NCBI RefSeq assembly: GCF_001194135.2
Contig: NC_068994.1
Span: forward strand, 57,134,265-57,177,549
DNA: 43,285 nucleotides
Source of the DNA: Octopus bimaculoides
Taxonomy: Eukaryota
Direction of reading: 5' to 3'
Shown: positions 12,811-24,494 of the stretch, in pieces
How positions within the stretch are numbered: the stretch's first letter is position 1
How the letters are laid out: each line of letters starts with the position of its first letter
Notes under the pieces: model-generated
Told to the model about the DNA's origin: nothing
The model's database searches: none
What the model saw: only the letters and a program-made list of their open reading frames with translations
Translations under genes and position numbers: made by a program

Positions 12811-14061
12811 TCGAGAATGCCTTATAGGTAAAGCATGACTTCTGATAGGCTCTTGTTTTAGAAAAATCAAGATATGAATGAAGTAGTCATAATAATAGAA
12901 TTAACTTTGGTAAATGAGATGGAATATGTGAATTTAAGGCTGAAACACAACACTTTCTATTTCAATTTCCAGCTTGTTTATGTTTCCCATGTCACATTGT
13001 ACACTAGTAACTGACATCAACTAGTTTTCTCCAAAATCATGAAGGGTTAAGCTAAAACTATGATCAAAGTTGTGTCAGATGTGACCATTCTATTTATGTT
13101 CAATGAAACCATTCTATTTTTAAAAAAATAAACAACATGTATTTTAGATTAAAAATACAATATGTCCGTTTGTGGAGAAAGTGACTTGAGTTAAGTTTCG
13201 TTGCTATAACAACAAGATCGAGTACCTGCGAAGAAATTTTGTTCCTATGGTTTGTTTAGTTTTATATGTAAATTTCCAGTGAACTCATACAGTAATGCAC
13301 GACATTATCTTGCTTTAAGTACTTTTGTCAAGTATTTCTCATGTAATAATCTTCTGCATAGTCGCTGGCATTCTTTCAAGGCATTAGTAAGTCTGTGTTG
13401 AGTGAAATAGAGTTATTTGTCATGTCTGCCATGCTTAATAGCGACATATTTGTCGTTAGCGTGTTTATGTACGACTCAAATACTCTTTGTTTAAAGAGAA
13501 ATTCTGCTTGTGCAACGTTGTTTTTACTTCTATAAACGCATAAACATTACTTAAAAACTTTGCTTCGATATGTCATGAGGTTTACACATAAAAAATACGG
13601 ATTTATTTTATTGGCATTCAACCAATTCTTAGAGGAAAAGAAATCATAGTTAATTTAGTACTTATTTAAACGAGTGAAAAAAAACAGTCGATTTTAGAAA
13701 ATAGATATAACATCAAGGATTGTTAAACATTTCTTTCTTTACTGCTTCTGATAATTATTGGTCTGGTCTTGTCACAAGCTCAAATCTCCAAGACACATTA
13801 TAGATAAGGGGGAAGAACTCGTGCACTTCTGTCACACTTTGTATGGATTGTAGTGTAATGCTACAAATCGATCTTATAAATTCAATGTCAATGAGATAGA
13901 AGATTTAATGTGGAAAGAGACTTTTTTATCATTTCAACCAATGCCAGACATTATAACGAATTTATACATGAGCTCTGAGTTCCACAGACGAGGAATAGAA
14001 ACGATAGTGTAGGCAATTAAGCCGACTAAAGAGCGTATTGATTGTTTCTATCTTAACTACG

Positions 14062-14097
<36 letters not shown>

Positions 14098-14256
14098 GAT
14101 AGTAAAATAAGGTGTTTGATAACAGAGGAAGAAGCATCTGGTATGCTACATCACAGATTCTGTCGTTCAGGAATGCATCCTTTCAAATATAATTAGAATT
14201 TCTTGTAATTTCGCAAAGACAATATTTGGAAAGTAACCTGATTTACTATGGCAACA

Positions 14257-14446
14257 CGGAAAGCTGGCAGAATTGTTGCCACGCCGGCTTGGCAGTATTT
14301 CGTCCGCTTTTACGCTCTGAGTTCAGACTCTACCTATCATCCTACAGGAGCCGGTAAAATAAGTACTATCTGAACACTGGTTATTCGATGTAATTGACTT
14401 ACCCCGCACCTAAAACGTGCTGGCCCTGTGCGAACATTTGAAGCTA
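14257..14446 (+). mobile_element. Family A SINE
   Basis: AGCTGGCAGAATTGTT head, GTATTTCGTCC, CTGAGTTCA, TCATCCTAC..GGTAAAATAAGTAC and TCGATGTAATTGACTTACCCC. Confidence 0.8.
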
Positions 14447-14486
14447 ATCTGGTCCATTAAAGCTATCGAACCTAGCTATTGGTTGG

Positions 14487-14606
14487 CCAACCTGAAAGGT
14501 GAAATGCAGAGTTGACCTCAACGGATTTTAATAGCAGACGTGATCATAGTCTAACTAAATACAATAAATCATTTAGTCCAACTGACTATCGATTCTACCA
14601 TCCACC
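14487..14606 (-). mobile_element. Family A SINE 5' half, degraded, inverted relative to its neighbour
   Basis: TGAAAGGTGAAATGCAGAGTTGACCTCAACGGA matches the reverse complement of TCCGCCGAGGTCGACTTTGCCTTTCATCCTTTCG with several substitutions. CTATCGATTCTACCA matches the head. Confidence 0.65.
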
Positions 14607-15411
14607 CGTGTCTTCTCTCGATCATCATAATAATGCATTAATCAAAAGAAATATGTCTGTCCTACAAAAAAAAAATTGAAGTTGATGTATTATTAATGAT
14701 GATTAACCAGTATACGTGCATCCAATTTAAGAAAATTCTGTCTTTCGACATAAAATTTTAAATTATTCATAAAAGAACTTCACAGTTCAAAACAATTTTT
14801 TCTCTGTCTCTCACGCTGTCTTCCTTATTTTATTATTTTTATTTTTTTCTCTTTCTCTCTCTGTTCAAAATTACAATCAACTGATCTAACAATGTTTGGT
14901 TGGCTTAAAACATCAGTAGGAAAATTAATACTCAGAAAGTAGTATCTTGTCTGTTTTAATTAAACCACCGACTTCATAATTCATATTCGATAAATTTGTG
15001 TTCTGGGGCGAATTTATCGAAAAACAATTATATTTAATGACTATTTCGAACAATGAATTTTTGTCTCTAAATTTGAAAAATAGTAATCTGAGTTGATTAG
15101 CAACGGTAAATTAATCTGGTATTCACAGACGTATCCTGAAGGCACAACACGCAATTGTCCAGAGAAATATACAGAAGCAAAATCAATAGAAATTCTCTGC
15201 ATAATCAGAATGTTGTAGAGAAAGTTTAGTATTATTTCAAGCGATGTACTTTGCTATGTTTTCAAATTAGACATATGCTTTTAATGCAATAACAATTCTC
15301 TTTAAGTTGTAGAAATGTAAATTTCCTTATGTTTATTGAATATGCTCTTTCATTTCCGTTTTCTGAAATAAATTATGCGCATATGCATTGTTCATATTCT
15401 CCTAAAATGGC

Positions 15412-15425
15412 ACAAACACACACAC

Positions 15426-15456
<31 letters not shown>

Positions 15457-15545
15457 CGTATGATTGTATATAATGCATACATTATATAATGTAAATACAT
15501 ATATTCACGCGTGCATATATATGTGCGTGCGTGTATGTGTGTGTG

Positions 15546-15608
<63 letters not shown>
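15412..15608. repeat. (CA)n ... (TG)n inverted microsatellite pair
   Basis: Direct reading. Confidence 0.9.
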
Positions 15609-15611
<3 letters not shown>

Positions 15612-15632
15612 TGTAATTATTTTTATTGACAG

Positions 15633-15806
15633 CATCTATCAGAATACCATTATTGAAGCTTCGCACCCCACAAATTATGTTTGATCTTTTGAACATTTTC
15701 ATTCGGATGTTGTGGAGGCGGATGCTTCCAATTACATGTCAAACGAACCACCAATTCATTGGCCAGTTCGAATCACGTGGTAGTGTCGGTTGCTTGGTGA
15801 TTGCTG
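15633..15806 (+). CDS. Candidate coding exon (174 nt, phase 1 to 1) SIRIPLLKLRTPQIMFDLLNIFIRMLWRR...GSVGCLVIA
   Basis: Acceptor ATTATTTTTATTGACAG, donor GTAAGA, open frame, length divisible by 3, GC above background. Confidence 0.35.
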
Positions 15807-16745
15807 GTAAGAGGGAGACAACACTGCCATGATAAAAAAAAAAAGGGGTTTTGGTAGATGTTTTGGTGGATTAAAATTTTTCAAATAAATTTACAGAATT
15901 CTACAAACAACTCAAGGATTACCAGAAGCCATATGATCGCTCAGACAATTCTTGCAATATGCAACGTGCTTCAGAGAATGAATAGAGTGATTTTATAGAT
16001 TGTATAATTTTAGAGGGATATTTGATTAAAAATATCAGGCTACTCTTTCTTGAATTCCCTGAGAACCGAGGGATACAGCAGAGATGTTTCTCTGTCTCTG
16101 AACACGAACGTATTCGACTGGTGCATGATCTGGCGAGGGATACTTCACAACATTGGCTATAAATGTCACGTACATACTCGGAATCCGTTCGTAAATGTGA
16201 GAGTCACTTCACTAAAATTATTCTAAAGGTGTTCAATGATTAATTAGATTAATTTTGCTGGTTCTTGACGGATACCTTGGAAGACGTTTGCATGTGTTGG
16301 GTTTTTCTTTCACTTTTCATTTTGGAGCATGCTATGTTGGAAGCGATGTTGATTGCCAAAAACAACTAACTGCAACATAAGACTCATTAATAAAAGCATC
16401 TGATAAACACACACATACACACACACACACACGAGCACACACTTCGCGAACGCCTTGTTGTAATGGAATGTGAATCTGTCGAAGGTATATTTATATGAGG
16501 ACCTGTTGGAAGATCTTTTGCTAATCCCTGCTACAAAGTTACTAATTATAGGCTGGTTTGATTGAAATACTTACAACTGTATGCAATCCGCGTGTTACCC
16601 GTCGATATCAGCGACCTTGCTGCCGACGTAGAACAAGACATGATGAAAAGAAAGTTACCTTTCGTTTGGACTCATTAAGAATAATCATAACCTACAATCA
16701 TAGCCTACAAAGAATTTCAGTGTGATATGGTGGTGGTTGTGGTAT

Positions 16746-16784
<39 letters not shown>

Positions 16785-16835
16785 CGATGATGATGATGAT
16801 GATGACTACGACACCGATAATGATGACGATGACTG
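16746..16835. repeat. (GAT)n microsatellite
   Basis: Direct reading. Confidence 0.95.
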
Positions 16836-17329
16836 AATTATTATTGGTTTCTTGATAGAAATTGACTTTCGAATTACTTCCCATACACCTTTGCCTTTTT
16901 GCCTCTCAGCAGTCTCACTAGATGAGGCGGAGAAAAAAATAAAAGAAAACTGGAATCAAGCAATCAGTTTGTCTAAATCTCTACTCCTAACTTCGGTCCT
17001 CGATTCTAAGGCAATTTTTTTTATTATTGTTATTAACGAATATGAGAAAGACAAAAAAAACTTTTTTAAGCAGCAAATATTGGAAGAAGGAAATTGATTC
17101 TGACTTGAGCTGAATGATAGATTTCTGTGTAGACAGGAACACACTGTAGTGTGCAATAAAGAAAATAGTTATTAAGAATATTTATATATAATATGGTAGT
17201 AAGTACGCGAGCAATAGTCTACGAATGTGAACTTCTCAGACTAAATTGATTTGGTGGTGGCAAATGTTTTAGAAGAAAAATTATTAGATATTAGTAGATA
17301 TGTATTGAGCTCGACACAAGGGACTCTGA

Positions 17330-17423
17330 TATGTGTGTGTGTGTGTGTGTCTGTGTGTGTGTGTGTGGACATGTATGTATACATAAATACATATATATAT
17401 ATATGTGTATATATATACATATA

Positions 17424-17480
<57 letters not shown>
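17330..17480. repeat. (TG)n-(TA)n compound microsatellite
   Basis: Direct reading. Confidence 0.95.
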
Positions 17481-17521
17481 TTCCCTTATAGCACTCCGAG
17501 TTTCACGTTTCTGTTCGTCAG

Positions 17522-17553
17522 GAACTGTGCCTGATAAACCGAGAAGCAACATG
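17522..17553 (+). CDS. Candidate 32-nt exon (G)TVPDKPRSNM, ending in ATG
   Basis: Strong acceptor TTTCACGTTTCTGTTCGTCAG and donor ATG|GTGAGT. It is in phase with the 15633-15806 candidate. Confidence 0.35.
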
Positions 17554-17600
17554 GTGAGTATTATTCCTGACAGACAAGCTTCCGGTGTATATTTTACCAA

Positions 17601-17700
17601 ACCAGACAAAATACTTACTTAGCAGTGTTTCGTCGGTTTTTACATATCGAGTTCAAATTTCGCAGACGTAGATTTCGCGTTTTGTCTATCAGTGGTCGAA
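17601..17700 (+). mobile_element. Family A SINE fragment
   Basis: TTAGCAGTGTTTCGTC, GAGTTCAAATTTCGCAGACGTAGATTTCG and GGTCGA align to family A. Confidence 0.55.
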
Positions 17701-18489
17701 TACTAGCGCGATTCGTTTGAAAAGAACCGTCATTGCCTCAACTTAGAAATTCATTCTTGGATCATACTAGAAAGAAAGGCTGTGATTCATGAAAATAAGA
17801 CAGAAACCTTCCTGAGAGTTTATTTTTAATGGGATATTTTAGACGTTATACTACAGTTTAAGTTTATTGTGTCTGGAGAGAATCATTCTGTTTTAATACT
17901 TTACTAAGTAACATACTCACGGGTTCGATTTCCATTCATTTACTTTTTTTTTTAATTTTCCTTGCTTCTTGCAACCTATCCGCTGGCCGTTTTAGAAGTA
18001 ACTGAATAATTGAGCATTCCGAAGGAATAAGAGTTAACATCCATATTTAATTTACTGATAATCTTGGAGCAACGTATGACAACACAAGTTTATAAATGTC
18101 GTTAAGAAAATAAATAGCAATATGATAGATCATTTAATGTGTGTAAAGCATTATTCCATAGCAAATCAAGTCAATTCAAAACGAGGCAGGATTAATTATG
18201 GGTCAAATGATTTACACAATATTTTTTTTTTCTAATTAAGAATTTTTCTCTTTAAGAATTTTGCAAATACTCTAGAAAGTCATTTATTTAAGATTCATCT
18301 CTCTGTTTCGCTGACCCATTATTTTCAAGACGATTTAGTTACCTAGAGATTAAGATTGTGCAGACGGTGTTTTTACTTCAGTTTCAAATTAACCCTCCAT
18401 TTCAATGATGTTAGAAATGTGTATATTTAATGCCAGATAATACGTTGAAGAGAAGACCCAGTTTCAAATAATCTGAGATATAATCTAGT

Positions 18490-18667
18490 AGGTGCAGGCG
18501 TGGTTGTGTGGAAAGGGGCGTGCTCCCTGATAACACAGTTTCGGGTTCGGTTCCACCGTGTGGAAGCTTGGGTAAGTATTTCCTACTGTAACCCAGGCCG
18601 TCCCAAAATATTGTGAGTGGATTTGATTGATCGAAACTGCAATAAGTCCATCATATATATATATATA
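18490..18667 (+). mobile_element. tRNA/CORE-type SINE head (family D) running into (TA)n and a gap
   Basis: GGTGCAGGCGTGGTTGTGTGG head, GGGTTCGGTTCC box B and CTTGGGTAAGT CORE-like segment, then TTGTGAGTGGATTTG and (TA)n. The family match is recalled, not searched. Confidence 0.7.
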
Positions 18668-18956
18668 NNNNNNNNNNNNNNNNNNNNNNNNNNNNNNNNN
18701 NNNNNNNNNNNNNNNNNNNNNNNNNNNNNNNNNNNNNNNNNNNNNNNNNNNNNNNNNNNNNNNNNNNNNNNNNNNNNNNNNNNNNNNNNNNNNNNNNNNN
18801 NNNNNNNNNNNNNNNNNNNNNNNNNNNNNNNNNNNNNNNNNNNNNNNNNNNNNNNNNNNNNNNNNNNNNNNNNNNNNNNNNNNNNNNNNATATATATATA
18901 TATATACGATACTGCCTAGAGAAAAAAGAGTGTGTATATATATTTCGATTGGCTAT

Positions 18957-19177
18957 AAGGTGGCGAGCTGACCGAATCGTTGGTACACCGGATGAAATAC
19001 TTAGCGGCGGCATGTCGTCCGTCTGTACATTCTGAGTTGAAATCCGCCGAGGTCGACTTTGCCTTTCGTCATTTCGGGATCGATAAAGTAAGTATCAGTC
19101 AAGCACTGAGGTAAATGTAATCGATTTACCTCCTTACCTTGTACTTGCTTGATAGCCCTGTACCAAAATCTGAAACC
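18957..19177 (+). mobile_element. Family A SINE, near full length
   Basis: GGCGAGCTGACCGAATCGTT head, CCGCCGAGGTCGACTTTGCCTTTCGTCATTTCGGGATCGATAAAGTAAGTATCAG central domain and TGTACCAAAATCTGAAACC end. Confidence 0.9.
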
Positions 19178-21436
19178 AGTAGTTGGAACGGATATCATAT
19201 AGTTTGCGGTGGAATTTGTCAAAATTATGGCTGTGAGCTCTTGAGATGGATTGGGATGCTCATGATTGTAGGTCGTCAATGGTTAGGATAAATAACAATG
19301 CCATTCGAGTCTTCAACGAGAGCTAAAGTTGATCCATTATTAATTTGGCGTTTACGTAGTTGTGTAAATGCAATCAAAGTCGACGAATGTTTAATTAGGC
19401 TGAACTCCGGCAACGGATATCGAGGATGGTTTGAGATATCTGCGAATGCATTAGATTGCTGTTGTAAGTCATATATTTCATCTCTCAATGCCTCTAGCGA
19501 GTAACCCAAGGTAATAAAAGTGATGCTCTCAAATACTAGAGTTTGAAAAATCAAAACCCAGTCGAAGAGCGAGGGAACATAATTTATATTTTACGTGCAG
19601 CTTTGGAGATTTCAGGAGAGATCTTCCATTTCTTTCCTAAATGGAGCGATATTTTTCGGCTACATTTGAGAATCGAATGGATCGAATTTAAATATGAATA
19701 TAATTAGAAACGCGTCTACGTGCGTAAACATATTTAGAAATATGGCTCCTAAAATTATTGCAGAATGTCGTGTTCCAAAGTTAGTGTTGTTAGACACACA
19801 AACAAGAAAGTTAGCGTTCTAATCTCAGCAGAACAGCTTTAGAAAAAGATCATTTCTTGAAATAGACATATAATCACTATGGTTAGTTGTGAGAAATATA
19901 AGAATATTTATAAATGCGAGATGAATCAATCTCAGCAAAAGGAATAACGCCAAGAAAATTAGTTGTTTGCATTTAGAAATTAAATTTTCTGAAAAGAAAA
20001 AAATAGTAACAGTTACATAAAATAAAAAGGAAAACAAATATATGGAAACGCAATTGTTACAAAAATATCTAGAATCAAAAAATTATAAATTTTATAACTA
20101 AATTGAAAGAATACACATTTCTGAAATAAAATTCCTTCTGAAAATAATTATAGAGCAGCTTTACTTTTTTTTGTGATCCGCGTTCAAATTTGCCTACGTT
20201 TTATTAAATATTTTTTTAAACCATTTTCATTCTGCCTAAGGTTTTACTTTAGATATCTTGACCTAAAGATAATAGTGATATCTTTTGTAATTTGAATCTG
20301 TTTACTGTCAACCTGTTATTATCTGGGATGTGCCCATTAATGGAATATGTTTTCTTCTCAGATTTTCGTTTTATCAAATATCGATGTTACAGAGTTTTGG
20401 AAAACAGGAAAATTTTTTGCAAACTTTTTTTTTTAAACTTTATGTCATACAATAACTTTAACAAATTCATAAAATATCCCAATAATGTTCTGCACAATTC
20501 CAGAAAAAAATATACTTTTGAGATAAGTGATCAAGATAAAAATATAAATATTAACAATTTGATAAATCAAAATAAGTATATATATANNNNNNNNNNNNNN
20601 NNNNNNNNNNNNNNNNNNNNNNNNNNNNNNNNNNNNNNNNNNNNNNNNNNNNNNNNNNNNNNNNNNNNNNNNNNNNNNNNNNNNNNNNNNNNNNNNNNNN
20701 NNNNNNNNNNNNNNNNNNNNNNNNNNNNNNNNNNNNNNNNNNNNNNNNNNNNNNNNNNNNNNNNNNNNNNNNNNNNNNNNNNNNNNNNNNNNNNNNNNNN
20801 NNNNNNNNNNNNNNNNNNNNNNNNNNNNNNNNNNNNNNNNNNNNNNNNNNNNNNNNNNNNNNNNNNNNNNNNNNNNNNNNNNNNNNNNNNNNNNNNNNNN
20901 NNNNNNNNNNNNNNNNNNNNNNNNNNNNNNNNNNNNNNNNNNNNNNNNNNNNNNNNNNNNNNNNNNNNNNNNNNNNNNNNNNNNNNNNNNNNNNNNNNNN
21001 NNNNNNNNNNNNNNNNNNNNNNNNNNNNNNNNNNNNNNNNNNNNNNNNNNNNNNNNNNNNNNNNNNNNNNNNNNNNNNNNNNNNNNNNNNNNNNNNNNNN
21101 NNNNNNNNNNNNNNNNNNNNNNNNNNNNNNNNNNNNNNNNNNNNNNNNNNNNNNNNNNNNNNNNNNNNNNNNNNNNNNNNNNNNNNNNNNNNNNNNNNNN
21201 NNNNNNNNNNNNNNNNNNNNNNNNNNNGTTCCAATCAACGCTTTAATTCTTTGGATATTTAACAATGAAAATACACGTCATATTTAAGACAGAGTTGTTT
21301 TGTCTTAGTAATGTATCCTCGTTAACATAATAATTAATTTAATCCTAAAACAGATAGCGTACAATATTACTGAAAGCAAAATTGAAAATGAATTTTCGTA
21401 CAATTATATTATTTCGTTCTTTTTTCCACATACCAG

Positions 21437-21538
21437 GGACCACTGCTCCCATATTTTGTATTGTTCTAGCATCATAATTCAAACACAACATTTCCACCGT
21501 TACCAAAGTATTGATAAAAGGATGAAAGAATCACTAAG
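21437..21538 (+). CDS. Candidate exon (102 nt, phase 2 to 2) DHCSHILYCSSIIIQTQHFHRYQSIDKRMKESL
   Basis: Acceptor TTCTTTTTTCCACATACCAG, donor AAG|GTAATG, open frame. Confidence 0.25.
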
Positions 21539-22240
21539 GTAATGCACAAGACTAGAACAATATAATTTTGTTTCGCAGAGACGCTGAACTCATTAAAAAA
21601 ACCACTCCGTAGTTATTTCAAAGAGAAATAACAAGTTACGTATAAATAAATACGTGTTTGCTATTGATGTAAGAATAAGGAGGAAATATGCCCTGATTTA
21701 TCTTACGTACACCTATAAAGTTTCCACAAAATTAATCATTGACTAAAAATGGTGGTGTAATTTTCTTTTTCTCGCCATATAATTAATTTTATTTCGCTTT
21801 CTGAAGATCTCTAGATTAAGTATGTTAGAATTAACTCCCGCGTAGTTGCTCATGCGATGGCTTCCACTGAATTATTATCACAAGTTTGTATTTATAATAG
21901 GAATGCGGTAGGGATCTAGAAAAACTATTACTACTTCTACTACAACTGCTGCTGCCGCTACTACTAATACTAATACTACTACTACTAGCTGTTTGTTGAT
22001 ATTCATTTTCTGGAGAACGTACATTTGCGGATACAACGGTAGTGATTCTATGCTTAAATGGTATTATGATTGGTATTACGATGCCATGTATTTGAACATG
22101 TATTACATCAACCCTTGTGTTCTTCTCTCTGACTGCCATCTATGTATCGGCTCACACTGCTAAAAAAATTTCACGCTACAGAAAAAATATATCTGGAGTT
22201 AAGTGCGAAGAACTTGTATACTTGCCCTTTTTTATTTTAG

Positions 22241-22374
22241 TGCAAGGTCGTTGAGATTGTCCCCACTGAAATTTAATTTTACCATTAGATTTAACGTTGT
22301 AGAATCAATTAATGCGAACTCACTTGAGATTCGAAATTTCTGGAGACTCCTCGGACATAAGAACTGTGACACGG
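22241..22374 (+). CDS. Candidate exon (phase 2 to 1) ARSLRLSPLKFNFTIRFNVVESINANSLEIRNFWRLLGHKNCDT
   Basis: Acceptor CCCTTTTTTATTTTAG, donor GG|GTAAAT, open frame. Confidence 0.3.
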
Positions 22375-22899
22375 GTAAATTAAGTAGCGCAATTTGCATT
22401 CCATTCAAAACACACGGCAAACGTAGCTATATTAGAACCAGAAAACTATCGATCATCATTGCTCATGAAAGAGAGAATAATATCCATTTTTCCACATATT
22501 TTTGTTCTGGCTGACGATATTTGATCTGACATAATGTAAGTAACTTGTAATTTCCAAGTCTTTCATTAGTCATCTGTCAAGGGCAACTAAAAAAGAAAGG
22601 AAAAGAAGAGAGAAAATAAGGAATAAAAAATAGCGTTTGTTTCATCCGTTATTCACTGAATTGAGAGGCTAAAAGTGACAATGTTTAACCAAGTAATCAT
22701 CAAAGGCGTTTCTGATCTCAGAGAATCAAATAGAAGTGCGTAGCGGCTAAAAGAAATGTTCAAATGAAGGTACAGATTGATTTCTACAAATTATGATGAC
22801 AGATTTACACTTCGCCCGCCATCGATGGATGTGAGTTTATATAAATACATACATTCGTCTAAGCATACATACACACGCACACACAAATAAATATGTTTG

Positions 22900-22910
22900 T
22901 ACATATATAC

Positions 22911-22951
<41 letters not shown>

Positions 22952-22984
22952 GACAGATGACAGATAGATAGATAGATAGATAGG

Positions 22985-23046
<62 letters not shown>
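22900..23046. repeat. (TA)n-(TAGA)n compound microsatellite
   Basis: Direct reading. Confidence 0.95.
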
Positions 23047-23048
<2 letters not shown>

Positions 23049-23089
23049 TGTACATGCATTTATAAGTGTGTTTATGTGCTTGTGTATGT

Positions 23090-23310
23090 GTGTGTCTTTG
23101 TGCTTGTGCTTATCTCGCTTCACAATCGATGTTCGTGTGTTAATGTTCCCTTAACTTAGCAGTTCGGTGAAAGATAGAGTAAGTACTAAGCTTAAAATGA
23201 ATAAGTACTGGCGTTGATTCGTTTGACTAAATTCCTTCAAGGCAGTGCTCCAGCTTGGCCGCAGTCTAATTACTGAAATAAACAACAACAAAATAAAGAT
23301 GAAAGATACA
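23090..23310 (+). mobile_element. Family C SINE 3' portion
   Basis: AACTTAGCAGTTCGG, GATAGAGTAAGTACT and AAGGCAGTGCTCCAGCTTGGCCGCAGTC, with an A-rich tail. It matches 12670-12810 in reverse. Confidence 0.75.
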
Positions 23311-24494
23311 TTTCCTCATTTAGATTATTTCCAAATTATTTGCTTTGAGAGAATTAGACTTCATGTATCTCAAGAAATGGAGTCAGGAATTTATACGTCA
23401 GTCAATATATCTTGACATGTTTCTCCTTAAGGACTAGAATATTGTTAGCAATGTGTTGATTTCAGGTATATTCCTGCTAATAATGATTCTGAAATCACTG
23501 CAGGGCTTCCAGTTAAATCTCATTAAGGTGATACCATACATTCTCTTACAACATGAAAACGACGTTACTATGGAGACATCTTAATATCAGATATAGAACA
23601 ATGAATGAAATAAAAGGCCAAGAGGTTATCTAAACTACAAAAATGATTTTGCAGTATTGTAAATAGCTGAGATAAAATAGGAAACAGGGCGATATTGTTT
23701 CAAAGTCCTGATAGAATCGCAGAATTGCGTAACAACATTCATATATCGCATAGTAAACCGACGCAAAAGAAGTGAGAGCTCCATCTGTTTATATGATGCA
23801 AACACGCATTGAATATGAGATGGACTGATAGCAACATGAGATATCCATGGAAACGTTGGTGATATCACAAATTTCAGATACACTATACCCTCATCTGGCT
23901 TGCTGTTGTGTGATTTCAGAGAATTATAAATCTATGCAATACTGTAAGTGCCGATGGCAAAATAAATCTGCTATGTTTATACACATTTCCATTGAAATAT
24001 CTTCATGTACTCATGAATATTCATGGTATCCATCTATCAATTTTAGTATCTCCTCCTACGTAAATATATACTGCAGTATCAAATCTAGACAGAGTAACAT
24101 TTATCATCGCAGCTTCATCATACTTTCAGATATAAAATTTTTGTATGAATTTAAAAGGAATAGATCTTTAGAAAACATCATAATTCTAGACTAAATAGGG
24201 ATTTGTCCAGAGTGGTTGTTCGATAAATTAGAGACAATATTTCCATTTATCAACGAAATAATAATTCATCAGTTTTCATAGTTGTTACATCTGCTACTAC
24301 AAATAAATAAATAAACGCATATATACATATGAAGTATATCATTTTCTTTGTTACGTAACACACAGTCTTTCTGTTGAGGGTTTTATAGCATGCTGGAAAT
24401 ATAATTGTATCTCGCATTTGCATGAGAACATACATTTCTGGCGATGTGTTAGTCGGGTGGAATCGAAAATCTATCCAAGCACTTACTAGCACGT

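Noticed and set aside
12901-13052. GAAGGGTTAA resembling a piggyBac-like MITE end
   Set aside because: No convincing second terminal inverted repeat.
17491-17521. Hammerhead-like motif on the minus strand (CTGACGA…GAAA CTCGGAGT G)
   Set aside because: Stem II has only 2 bp, the triplet would be GUG (not cleavable), and there is no stem I. The sequence is better explained as a + strand splice acceptor.
22017-22163. Tyr/Trp/Cys-rich frame TYICGYNGSDSMLKWYYDWYYDAMYLNMYY…, superficially reflectin-like
   Set aside because: The WYYD repeat comes from a 12-bp tandem duplication in AT-rich DNA. There is no reflectin motif and no suitable start or splice context.
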